Under the pieces are notes generated by a model. The model saw only the letters and a program-made list of their open reading frames with translations, searched no databases and was not told where the DNA came from. Positions 11,972 through 24,400 of a stretch of 64,000 nt of DNA are shown piece after piece. How positions within the stretch are numbered: the first letter of the stretch is position 1; each line of letters begins with the position of its first letter. Position numbers and translations under genes: made by a program. Origin of the DNA: Sphaerodactylus townsendi (lineage: Eukaryota); NCBI RefSeq assembly GCF_021028975.2, contig NC_059425.1, positions 24,242,001-24,306,000 of the forward strand, in the 5' to 3' direction.

Positions 11972-12624
11972 CCTAGAGCATTAGGACGCTTGGGCTAAGC
12001 CCATCTGTCGTTGAACATAGTTTACCTTCAAAACTTATTCAGCTACGCAGGTCTGTTCAGTAGAGCGGAAAATGAGAATGCCAATATAATGGGCACTGGA
12101 GCATTGGACTAAACAAAGAGAAGTAGGCCGAGTTGTGTCATTTGTTCCGCCTCCCCTGCCCCACCCCCTCAAAAGATCACATTTTGAATGCAATAGGATA
12201 GCCCAATGGAAGCGTTCTATTCACTATTCACCAGAACAGAAAGTACATGACACATTCCCAAGAAGTCTCCTATTGAAGAAACCCAGATTTTGTTGACTTC
12301 TGCCTGCAGACCACTCCCTAAAATGTGGTCGAGGAAAGCAAAACATTGTTGGGATACTACATCAGTTGGCTTTCCTTTCACCTACCTCTGACAGTCGTTG
12401 GATAGCACAGCTGAAGCAGACAGTGGCAGAGCAAACATACAAAACCCACTATTCCAAGCAAGATCACTAGTCTGTCTTGCTTGCTGTTGGCTGGCCGACT
12501 GGCTGTAGATTTAACATAAAGAGAGATCTTTTGCAGCATCTGCTGCCTGGGATCCTTTAGTTGGAGATGTCGTGGATTAAACCTGGAACCTTCTGCAAAC
12601 AGACCATGCTCTTTACTAAGGCGC

Positions 12625-13158
12625 AGTGAAAAGCAGAAAACTTGTATCAACCGGGCTACAATAATTACTTCAAAAAATTTTGTCTCCCACTAGAGTAGCA
12701 ATTGACTTATAAGTAACCAAAATAATTTTACAACACAATATAATCTTAATATAAAGATAACAGCTAGCCAGGGTCTAGATAATTAACTGGCCTCGTTTTA
12801 ATTCAAGGCTGTTAAAGGCAGGTCAAGGTTTTTCAAAAGGACGCTTGGAGAAGCATAAGAATAAAACTAATTGCAGAGCGCTGTTCTCCTTGATTATAAG
12901 CACTATTGTGCTTCTGAAAAACCTCGACCTGCCTTTAACAGCCTTGTATTAATGCAGTGCCGTTCTAACTGTATACAAAAAAGGTTTTTTTTTCATTACT
13001 CCAGTGGGAGAGATGTAATAATTGTTTCTGAAACATTTTGTTATTGTGTTGTAAAATTATTTTGGTTACTTATAAGTAAATTGCTACACCAGTGGGAGAC
13101 AAAAAAATTTTGAAGTTATTATTGTAGCCTGGTTGGTACAAGTTTTCTTCTTTTCACT
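12625..13158. repeat. Foldback (long inverted-repeat) element
   Basis: Arms 12625-12740 and 13042-13158 are imperfect reverse complements. There is an inner inverted pair at ~12805-12835 and ~12914-12946. Confidence 0.75.
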
Positions 13159-13504
13159 TTGGTTGCGTACCTCCCCCTTTACTAGGGCACAGCCTCTCCC
13201 CGAAAGGGATCGAGAGGATGTATTTTGTTACCTGTGGTGGTATTGCCCTACCGACATGGTATCAACTGTTCAACATATTCATCAGCAACCATAGCTTGTG
13301 AAATGGCCAGCAGTGTGCTGCATCACAACTTAGCATTCAGACACAGGCAACCGAGACAAGACCTATCCCACTTGATTTCTTGATCCAGATCAGGGAGCAA
13401 TGCTAGAAACTGACACTAACTCATATTGTGGCCTTCAGCTAAGTCAGTCCTTTGACCTATCAAAGTCATTGCTCAGAATGGCAGCAGCTTTCCAGCGTGC
13501 CAGG

Positions 13505-13690
13505 CAGATCTGAGATTGCAAATGCCTTAGCAGACCAGGTGCTCAGAGCAGCAGCAGCAGCAGCAGGCCATTGCTTTCACATCCTGCACATGAGCTCCCA
13601 AAGGCACCTGGTGGGCCACTGCGAGTAGCAGAGTGCTGGACTAGATGGACTCTGGTCTGATCCAGCAGGATAGTTCTTATGTTCTTATGC
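13505..13690 (+). mobile_element. CR1 3' UTR fragment
   Basis: Matches the 3' part of 41620-42016; (GTTCTTAT)n tail. Confidence 0.75.
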
Positions 13691-13829
13691 CTTTTACATC
13701 ACCAACTACCTGATTCTTTTAATTGGAGATGCTGGGATTGAACCTGGGAACTTCTGCGTGCCAAAGAGACGCTCTAGCACTGAGCCATGGATCTGCCCCA
13801 CTAACATTTTAAGAAAGCATCCCCTAATA

Positions 13830-13964
13830 CACAGGTGTCAAACTCGCAGCCCTCCAGATGTTATGGACTACAGTTCCCATCATCCCCTGCCAGCATCATT
13901 CTGGCAGGGGATGATGAGAACTGTAGTCCATAACATCTGGAGGGCTGCGAGTTTGACACCTATG
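13830..13964. mobile_element. Palindromic hAT-type MITE
   Basis: Near-perfect hairpin with 8-bp TSD CCCTAATA (13822-13829 and 13965-13972). Confidence 0.85.
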
Positions 13965-14339
13965 CCCTAATAGCAAAACAAACAAAACCCTTACCCTGCA
14001 AATTCATCATTTTAATTTCTTCCTATGTGCATTACATTTGTATTTAACCCTTCTTCCGAAGAGCAATGACAACCATCTCTAATTATCCTCACAACTACCC
14101 TGTGAAGGTAGCTTAAGCTGAAAAATCACACATCAAACTGCCACTAAAGTGAGATGCTAGCTAGCCAGTGACACCTCCTTCATGTCTCCATAAGCTCAGT
14201 CTCTGAGCAGGACGTGGGTCCGTCTTGTCCCTGGCACAAGAGCCAACTTCCCTCTCATGGCACAAGATGCACCTCTTGTGTACAAAGGCAAGGTGTACAA
14301 AGAGCGCCGAGTCCCACAAAGTGCAGAAGTACTAGCAGA

Positions 14340-14600
14340 TTTATTTATTTATTTATTTATTTTATTTATTCATTCCACTTTTATACCGCCCTCCCCCAAA
14401 GGGCTCAGGGCGGTTAACAACATAATACATACAAGTGGATAATAAGATAAAATACTAAAATTTATACAAGTTAAAATGCAGCGCTCCAACTTATAAATAT
14501 TTAAAACAGATGGCGTCTAACCTTTCACTCCTCTGACTCTGAGGGGGGAACAGCGGATCACAGTTGTTAACGGGCACCTATCAGCAGCCGGCCTCCCCAA
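14340..14600 (-). mobile_element. L2-type LINE 3' end
   Basis: (ATTT)n tail; closely similar to 56626-56880. Confidence 0.7.
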
Positions 14601-14688
14601 AGGATGAGGGAGAGGCTGCATTGAGGAGGCAGACTGAACCCAACTGCCTGCCCCCATCGCACCAATGGAAAGTTTGCTTCAGCATGCT

Positions 14689-14975
14689 TGCCAGTGTGGT
14701 GTAGTGGTTAAGAGTGGGCGAATTCTAATCTGGAGAGCAGGGTTTGATTCCCCACTCCACCTGAATGGCAGAGGCTTATCTGGTGAACCAGATGTGTTTC
14801 CACATTCCTACATTCCAGCTGGGTGACCTTGGGCTAGTCAGTTCTCTCAGAACTCTCTCAGCTCCACCTATCTCACAAGATGTGTGGAGAGGAAGGGAAA
14901 GGAGTTTGAAAGCCGCCTTGAGTCTCCTTATAGGAGAGAAAGGTGGGATATAAACCCAAACTCTTCTTCTTCATC
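14689..14975 (+). mobile_element. Squam3-like SINE
   Basis: gccagtgtggtgtagtggttaagag..ggtttgattcccc..gggatataaacccaaactcttcttct. Confidence 0.8.
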
Positions 14976-15124
14976 ATCAGCAAGAGAATTTTCACCCTAG
15001 TTGTCTTCCTGAGCCTCGTGGCATTTTCTCCTTGAGATCCCACCCCCCAAACACTGCATCACCTTTGGGGATGAGGGGGAGGGTAACGTGCCTCCACAAG
15101 TCCCTTGCACTTCAGGGAATCCAA

Positions 15125-15585
15125 TGTAGTCGTACCCACGAGGCCCCAATGAAGAGACGAGACGCGGAGATTTCATCTGGTGGAGAGAGCCAGCAAGCAG
15201 GAAGCGCGGGATCCCGTGATCCTGGCAACTCTGCCGTGCGCTCGCCCCTCACACCTTTTATTAGGGTTTCAACGGGGGCATGTAAAGGGGTCGGGCAGGC
15301 GGGAGAACGGGAGGTCGGGAGATCCGGAGAGCGGGAGATCATCATGTGATGCATGATCTCATCGGGCTGCTACGTGCGGGAGGAAGTATCCGTGTCTGGG
15401 TCTAATCTTCACCTGAGGGCAGGAGCCCTTTTGTCCTTTTGTATGGGACACCTGGTGACCGCGAGTCAGGCAGTTCATGACCAGTGACTCATGGGGGAGC
15501 GTGTGCGCCCGGAAGGCCGTAGCCGGCACCGGCATGCCTGGCGCTCCTTCTACGGTTCTGCCGGGTTCGCGGGCTCACCCCTACA
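15125..15585 (-). mobile_element. Solo LTR (ERV/LTR retrotransposon), 461 bp
   Basis: TGTAG...CTACA inverted termini and a 5-bp TSD TCCAA (15120-15124 and 15586-15590). CpG-rich, with an AATAAAAG box on the minus strand at ~15254-15261. Confidence 0.8.
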
Positions 15586-16895
15586 TCCAACCCACAAATT
15601 GAAACATTAAGGTGCCGTGCTTTGCAGTTTGCCCTATCCCCATCCCAAAGGTTCTGAGATACATTTTTGAGTGACTGATAACATACATTGATTTGAGATA
15701 CTGTTGATCTCAAACTTGTTTTCTGATAACATGGGAAGGCAATTACGTTTTACTTTAACTTAAAGAACCACAACAGGGCTGAGTTTTCAGCAATCTGGGG
15801 GCAGGAGACCCAAGCAGTGATCCTTGACATGTGACCAGGGATGGTGCAAGTTTGGCCCCGTGTCCATCTTTGAGACAGAAGACATTATGTCATTCACTCG
15901 AGGACAGAAACCAGAAGAGACTGGTCAACAGGGAAAGTTCTAGTTTGTGGCAGAAAAATTTGGAAGGGAGCTGAGCAAAAACACAACACCCCCAGGATCG
16001 GTATATGGCTGACCGTGCTTTTCCTGGCCTCCGGTTACAAAAGACAACCAAAGAAAATATTGAACTGCAATAACGACATCAACAAATCACAATGCACTTG
16101 CATAAATTAACTGGCAGAGGTGTTATTTTTAGCCAGGCTTTGTATACTGCTGGCAGGCGGAAGTCTGCAGAGCAGAACTCCTGTTTATGGTTAAACCGCC
16201 CCTCATCCTTCTTTGAAGGCCCACCCTGGCCCAGGCAAACCACCACATGACTGGTGCAGAAGCCTTCTGATCAGACGAGAAATCTCCCCCCCCCCGCCGC
16301 CACGGTTGGTGGAGATCAGGGTGCCCAGCTTGGCCTTCCTCACTGCAAGCAAGGAGACCTCAAGGTCAAGCATGGCTTTGCCCTGCAGCTGCTTCCCTGT
16401 GACTGGCAGGAAATCAATCTGGGAGAGAAACATTATTAAAACAGAGGAGAAATTATTGTAATCAGATGACTCCCAATAGGGCAGGCAGCCCAGCCTACCC
16501 ACTATGCCCTAGCCAACCAGATTAATCCATAGATGACTCATCCCTGACTCCGGGACTTTCACTGATATTGTTTCACCTCTGGAGGCCGCCGTACCTGCAG
16601 ACAGGAGAGCTGAGCAAACTCGTGACAGCAACCCAGCTGTTGGAAGCCATGGTTTGCCTGTAATATGTTTGGGACCTTAAAACATGTGTTTGTATTCTGA
16701 GCTTTGGTTTGCAGTGATGTCTGTGTACCCCAACTCTCTTTGAAGGGTGAACTATTTGAACTGTTTCCTCAGATCCCATGCAGAGATACCAAATGGGATA
16801 TACACTCAGTAAAATGTGGCACAGCTTGCAATACAAGGGACCCCGACTGGAAAGGAGGGGAGGGCAGCCGAGTACGTAACATGATTTAAAAACCT

Positions 16896-16901
16896 TTTAT
16901 T
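16896..16901 (-). terminator. Probable CDCA5 polyadenylation signal
   Basis: TTTATT on + (AATAAA on -) ~1.5 kb after the CDCA5 stop codon. Confidence 0.45.
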
Positions 16902-17777
16902 ACTGACACATCGTACCAACATGCCGGTTGCTCAAAAGCACCGAAAGCACTTACGAACGAGGCCGGGACAAAAACATACACACCAGCACACGTGGCACAG
17001 AACTTTTTAATGTGCTATTCTTACAACAAGATTTTAAAGTCAAACACGCTTTCCCCCAGTTGCCTTAAGTACATCCTTGTTCTGAGTCTTCTGTGCTTTT
17101 TGCTAGCTTATGTATCACCCCCACCTTAAAATGAGGAACAAGCTCTTCAAAACCAATGAATGAAACAAATAAAGATCAAAAAGATTTCAAGCTTACTTGC
17201 ATGATGCTGTTCGGTTGTGGTGTCGTCCGATCCATCCACCCATCCCCCAAAAAACCAAGGCAATACCACTGTGAGGAAATACCCTCATAACTCTTCCACA
17301 TTATAAGACAGAAAAAGAGCCACAGAAAAAAAATCTTTCTTGAATGAAAGGATCTCCTGGATCCAGCAGATCTGTTCTGCTAAAGGGGAGGTTTTTTCCC
17401 TCCAGGAACAAGGAATGCTCCCATGATGCAACAGGTTCTCAAGAGCCAAGGGGAAACGGGAAATCCAACCAACATCCACAGTAAAATCAAATTCATTTAT
17501 AAACATCCCTCATGCCGACAAAGGGGGTCTAGCTCCTTTCCCGTTTGTGCTCCTAAGAAGGCAAATATGAATTTCTTGGACGCCAACACAGAAAAAGAAA
17601 ACACAAACTATGGAGGGGGACAGGAGACTGCTTAATACATTGCCATACATTTTGAAAATGAAGACAACTTTTGACACCTGCCCTCTATAGAAAGAGGCGA
17701 GAAGCCAGCTACAAGTCCTTTGGAAAAGTAACACGCAGTTAAATAGACAAGGACTGTGTGACTGGATCTCCCTAAAT

Positions 17778-17909
17778 CAGCGGTCTGCAACCTGCGGCTC
17801 TCCAGATGTTCATGAACCACAATTCCCATCAGCCCCTGTCAGCATGGCCAATTGGCCATGGGAATTGTGGTTCATGAACATCTGGAGAGCCGCAGGTTGC
17901 AGACCCCTG
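17778..17909. mobile_element. Palindromic hAT-type MITE in the CDCA5 3' UTR
   Basis: Hairpin with 8-bp TSD CCCTAAAT (17770-17777 and 17910-17917). Confidence 0.85.
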
Positions 17910-18430
17910 CCCTAAATGGACTTTAATGTTAAAGAGCAGCCATGGGGAACTTTGATTTTCACCTGGAGCTTGGCTAGCGGGTGAGGAGAACAACACATAA
18001 ACCACCCCTCCCGAAACTGCGATCCCCAACAGGGAAACAGGAGAGGCCCCATCCAGATGTGCCATTTGACATTAATTCTGGGCAGAAATATAGACATTGA
18101 CAGTGTCATTAGTTCCAAGCGCACAAATTGTTTCAGAAAATATTATACCAAAATGTAGCCACCTCCCCGCCCCCCACCCGAGCACTACAGTTATGACCTC
18201 TGTCACAACTCAAGAGAAATCCAAACACGACAAAGCTGGGCCCGTGTGACTTTCTGATGTTTTACAACCATCTACAAAGAGCATCTACATGCCAGCCACC
18301 AAGTCCTTCTAAAAGCAAAGGCGCATCATGCTTTTGAGATCAGGCAGAGTCCATCCTGGTAGGTCCTGGATCCATATGTACAAAGCATTCAGGTGACCCC
18401 ACGCATCAAGTTCCAGGGGAAGCGGCATCT

Positions 18431-21400
18431 TTATTCCACAAGAAGGTCAAACCTCTCTGCTTCGTCAAACTCTGCATTCATCTGGGCAGCCCATTCATCC
18501 AGCTCCGTCTTCTGAAAAGATAAGGAAAGACACATTTTATTCTTAAGTGTATTAATGGCAACCAAGATCAAGTTAATTCATGCTACTGAGTTCCTGTATG
18601 AAGAAACTGGTTGACTCTATTGAATTAACACCTGCGAGCCAACTCACTATTCTTTCTCGTTTTAACTACAGCTGTGAATGCTAAATAGCTGCCCACACTT
18701 ACTGGTGTGGCTGTTGCCTGGCATTAGAATTAGATGGAAACCTTAAGAAAAACTGGGTTTTGTAAAACAACAGGAGGAAGAGAGGTTGTATTTACTCCGA
18801 AACTGTGGGTTGTTTTGCTCGTTTCACTTGTTCTTTTTCAAGACCTCGTTGGATTTTGCTATTTGTTTTGTTCGATTTGTGGTTGTACAGAAAGCCTTTA
18901 TTGGCATGTTGAAAGAACACCGCAGCTACAAAACAAACCAATACAGCAAAACACATCCAATACAAACCCGCAAGACACAGCAGTCCATGTTCACATCTTC
19001 AACAAAAAGAAGGCCACCAATTCACATTACGCTAAGCCCGAACCACTCAACAACAAGCAAATTCTGTCTGCATCATACTGGCCATATTTGTTATGATTAC
19101 TATTAGCAAGAGACAGAAATTAAGACACATATTAAATCTAAAATTAATACCGCAGATAAACATTTCAGAGCTGCTACAGAGACATGCTAAATTCCAAGGT
19201 TAATATATTGTACTATAGGAATAAAATATTAAAGTAAGGTGGCATAATAAGGAAGAGAGAAGTGAATTGCTTATGCTCTAAACATCCTTAGACCCAATAC
19301 TGGATTATTTGCATTCAATTATTTCAAGGAGAAAGTTTGCCACAATCTCAGGGTTGGTATTATTCAGGAGAATTGGAATTGCAACCGAGTCAGCAGGGGC
19401 CATGGTGAGTAGTGGTATGGAATTTACATATCTATCTCTGACTCCCTTGGTTCTCAAGCAGTGAAAAAGAGAATGAGCTATGGTTTCAATCTGGGTTTGG
19501 TTGTAGTTTTATCAAGATTATTGAACCTGCCACATAAAAAAGCGGAGGGCATAACATTAAATCTGGCAAGCGTCAAGGCTTGCCGTTGTGTTGGGTTAAC
19601 CAGAGTAATTAGATAGTTGGCCATTTGGCCTTGGATCGGGGGTATTGCTAGATTAAGGGGTGAGCATGTCCTTTTCGCTGCCTTGATCAGTGTTTGAAAT
19701 TCCACATCAAGCAGTTTCCCTTTCAGGGTGTTATAAGCCTCAGTAAAGGTAAGCATACTGAGCGATTCCAAGGATAGGCCAATGGTTTCAATTTTGGTTT
19801 TGATAATATTTGACCATAACGTTGAATTGCTATCTTGCAGAAAAGAGTGAATGAAACTGGAAGAGTCCTGTTGATAATGGATTTTGAGCCAATATTTGAA
19901 TGCTCTTAACCAAGCCAAGGTCTCAAAAGTGATCTGTCCTGTTTCCAGGCAAATAGCAGCAAAGGGAACACAGTTAGGTAGGCCCATTATTTTGTGTAGA
20001 AATTTGGATTGTAGGGTGTTAATGGTTTTATTAACTGCAGAGATCCAAATTGGGGACCCGTATAACCGATTTGTGGTTAATTGTTGTTCCTACCGAATGG
20101 AAGAAGTTTGTTAAAATTGCTTGAACACATGTTGATGGCATTGGCGTCTGGACTCAGTGCTTGCGAGTGCAACATTCCAGAAATGGACCCAAGGGGGAGG
20201 CCCTTGAGAAATGAGGCGAGCTTATGCCCTTTTAAGCAGATCGAACTGTTCTTCATCTGCTGTAGAAGCAGCTCGTTCATATAGTATGCATGGGTGTGAA
20301 AGTTGGACAATTAAGAAAGCTGACAGGAAGAAAGTAGATTCCTTTGCGATGTGGAGTGTTACGGAAATCATGGCTTGCTAAAAAACAAATAAGTGAGTTC
20401 GAGATTAAATTAATCCTGAATGGTCCCTAGAAGCTAAAATGACTGAACTGAGGCTATCGTACTTTGGTCACGTTATGAGAAGATGAGAGCCGCTGAAAAA
20501 GACAATAATGCTAGGAAAGGTTAAAAACAGCAGGAAAAGAGGAAAACCCAACACGAGATGGATAGATTCATTCAAGGAAGCCTCGGCCCTCAGTGTGCAA
20601 CACCTGAGCAAGGCTGTTAACAATAGGATGTTCTGGAGGACACTGATTCATAGGGTCTCCTTAACAGCACTTAATACACACAAACTAGGTGGTCAAATGA
20701 GGACTGGTTTATCAGAAGTGTCAGGAAAGCCCAGCTGCTAATTAGCACTTTTCAGGGCAGACTGTTTCACAGTCACAAACAGAAAGCAGAACATTGACTA
20801 CTGGACACCCTGGACAGTGCATGTACACACATACAAATGCCAGTTTTTAAGATGTCAAGCAGACATTGCTTTCAAGCCACAAGGGCTAGAAACTTCCTTT
20901 AAAAACACAGAAACAGAAAAGGAAAGCTAAGGTTTGCAGGATGCCAAGATTTGCAAGATGACCACTTCCTGCTCTATTTGTTTCTGGATTACATCACCTC
21001 CTCTCCCACAATCGCTCCATGCATTTGACCAATGGCATCTTTTTCTGAACTTTTATCTCACTCTTTTAACTACAATACCTCAGTTATTCCTACAGGAATG
21101 ATCCTTTAGTGGCCCTCTGGCTTCTAAAATCCCAACCCACAAAAGGACTGGGCCACTGGGGTTATTTTCTCCAGCTGTGTCCCACAACGAATCCTTACTT
21201 TGAACTGCGGCACCTTCTTCTTCTTCCGTTTCTCCTTCATAAACGAAATGCCTGGGATGTCTGTATCAGGCTCCTTGGAGACGCTGGATCCCAGCAGTGT
21301 CGATGCCAACTTGGGGCTGGTCCTCGTGTCCTCAGGAGGCACGTCGTCGGAACCTTCTGGAACCAGCAGCTTGTCGAAACCAAAAAGCGTGTGTCGCTTG

Positions 21401-24400
21401 CTCAGGCCGTGGTTAGGCGTGGAGGTGTCTGAGAAGCCAGAGACAGGGGACTCCCTGCCTCTCACGAAGCTGTGGTTGAAGGAGACCTCCAGGCGGCTAT
21501 AGGACCGACGCACCCTCTTGGCCATGGCCATGTCCTGCTGATCCTCAGGTGGGGACTCCTGTGCATTGGTGTTAATTGGAGACAGCACATCTGCTCCTCC
21601 TAGCAGGCTCCCTGTCCCAGAGCTCAAAGGACAGCTTGGTGGAGAAGGTGCCAACTTGGCTTTGGTATCACCTTTTCCTGGGCTTTTGCCCTTGTCATTT
21701 CCCCCAAGGAGGTTCTCCTTGTCTTCTTTAAAGGAGACCTGCAATAGAGAAGAGGCCAATCTTCAGTACAAATATACAACAAGCTGGTGGAACTACTTGG
21801 CTCGCAGATAACATTCCACAAGGGTCGCGGCCCAGTGGCAGAACATATGCTTTACATGCAGAAGGTCCCAGTTTCAAACCTCAGCAGCTCCAGTTAGAGG
21901 CTGTCTAAAGCTCGTGTTAGTACAGTCTTTTTCCTGGCCTGAGATTCTGGAGGACTGGTGTCAGTCAGCTTCTGGCAGGTGAAAAAGAGGAAGCAGCAGC
22001 TGAGCTCCACCTGACCTAAGTTTGTCTGTCTCTCTCGGCAGGTAACTATAGAGCTTGGCCATGTCTAGAGGTGTGAGTCCTTGGGCACAAGCACAGGGCA
22101 AAATCCAAAGAGCTTTTGGTCCTTACACTGTGCTTGAGCGAGCCGCCTGTTGAACCTCAGCAAACCCGAAATAGACTGTATTGTCGAAGGCTTTCACGGC
22201 CAGATTCAACTGGTTGTGGGTTTTCTGGGCTGTGTGGCCGTGGCCTGGTAGATCTTGTTCCTAACGTTTCGCCTGCATCTGTGGCTGGCATCTTCAGAGG
22301 TGTATCACAGAGAGAAGTCTGTTACACACTGTGTCTAGTGAGAAAGGAATGTTTAGTGGGGTATATACTGTCCATGTCCCAGGGTGGGGAACCAATCAGT
22401 AAGTGTTTGGGTGGAACTTACTATGCAAGGGTGTGGTTGAGTGCATTGTATTGCGGGTGGGGTTAAGACTCCATTTACATTTGCAGTCGCATTTGCATTC
22501 CCTGCAGCAGCAGCAGCATTGGTGAATGCAAATCCTTTGTCTTGGTGGAGTCCATTGTCCATGAACTTAGCATGCCGTTGGCCTTTGATTCTGGTGTTTT
22601 TAAGTACTGGTAGCCAAGCTTTGTTAATTCAGGAATTTAGGAACAAGATCTACCAGACCACGGCCACACAACCCGGAAAACCCACCACAACCAGTTGAAT
22701 CCGGCTGTGAAAGCCTTCGACAATGCATTGTTGTTTTTGTCTATCCGGCTTATTTGTATTGTATTTTTCTCTTGCTATGGTAAGTCAACTCAAGTCCCTT
22801 CAAAGGGGAGCGGGGAACTAGACATACATTCAAAATAGAAATAAGATTGGGAAAAGCAATGGCCTGATCAAGGCAAGCCAGTTTCTCATTAAAGGTCCAT
22901 AGTGCAGTGGGGAAAGCAAAACGTTTCATGTAAAAGATTACAATTCAACCCCCTGGTTAAAAAGTTCTTAAGTAGCAACTCTGGGAAAGACTGTTCTGTC
23001 TCTGTCCTTGGCAAGGCACTGCCTATCAAGAGTAATGCTGGGCTTGAGAGATGAGTGAGTCTGATTCTGGGAGCTGAGTATGGTGGTACATTTTCTGCAG
23101 TGTTACCTGCCTGCCCACCTTGCAACCGTATGACAACAGATATCACTGTGACAGTGATACTTTCCCCCAAAAAGACAAGATGGCCACAGGACTGCTTATT
23201 GCCTGCCTCATCCAGAAGGCTCAAGGTGGATAACCGAAGAAAACGTCTTCAAATTAAAATGCATGGAAATTCTTCCTCAATTCTGCCCCAAAGCCTCTGT
23301 GAGGTATCGAGCTGCTTTAACTGCAATTTACGATCAGTGCTGCAGTTTTTAAATGACTTCAGCAGCTGCTTTGTGAAGATTTTTGAGCATGAACTAAAAG
23401 CTGGGTATACATTATTATCTAAATAAATAAATGTCAAAACACACACACGCAAGAAGCCATTTGTGCACTTATAGAATCAAGACAGTGACTAATCAGCTCC
23501 ACACAAACACAGGACAACTATAGACAATAGCAACCAAGGAAACAAAGACCAGGATACTTCTATTCAGATGCATTCACCTATTGACCTTACTATCTTCACT
23601 GTTACTCCCAGGCTACAGACTTCTTTGTGACTCACATACCAGGCTACTCTAGTCAGAGGGCCTCACCTTTTGACCTCACAGTATATATACTCCACTTGCT
23701 TTCCATTCCTACTATCAGATCCTCTGAAGATGCCAGCCACAGATGCAGGCAAAACGTCAGGAGAGAATGCTGCTAGAACACGGCCATACAGCCCGGAAAC
23801 CACACAGCACCCCATTTGTGCACTGTTAACTGAAGGTTTTGAGATCTGCATCGGCAGTTGTGACATGTATTGGAACTTTGGCTGAAACACTGGGTGGGGA
23901 GCAGAAAATTGCCTGCAACCTCCCCACTGCTGTAAGCACATAGAGGTTGACCAGAAGGCTGGTGCACAGCTGCCCCTGCTGCCATCTACTTTGTTCTGGC
24001 AGTAATAGGGCTTGGCACTGCTTGTGGACCTTCTGTCCTCACAATACTGCCAGGGCTGAAAGGTAACCCAACAAAAAATGGTCCTGAAATATCTAGAGAA
24101 TTCAGACTTCTCCTCCCTAAGTACTAACATGTACATCAGTCCCACGGAGTTCAAACAAATGCAGAGAAACTAACTGGCATTACTCTCATCTCAGGGTTAA
24201 GGAAGAAGCTGTTGGATGCCAACAGGGAGTCCGTCTCCTTTGCACTGCAAGACTCCAGCCATTGGTAATGAAAACAAGTGACAAATAGGGAGGGTGGTTT
24301 TCTAAGCCTTTCCCTTTAAAATCGGCCTTGCAACTGGGTGGCTCCAGCTTCCCTCTGTATGTGTGATGTTTGCTGACCAGTTCAAAGCTTTCATTTTCTT

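Noticed and set aside
19478-19987. 169-aa ORF as a nested gene
   Set aside because: It has LINE ORF2 C-terminal character and sits beside other LINE debris.
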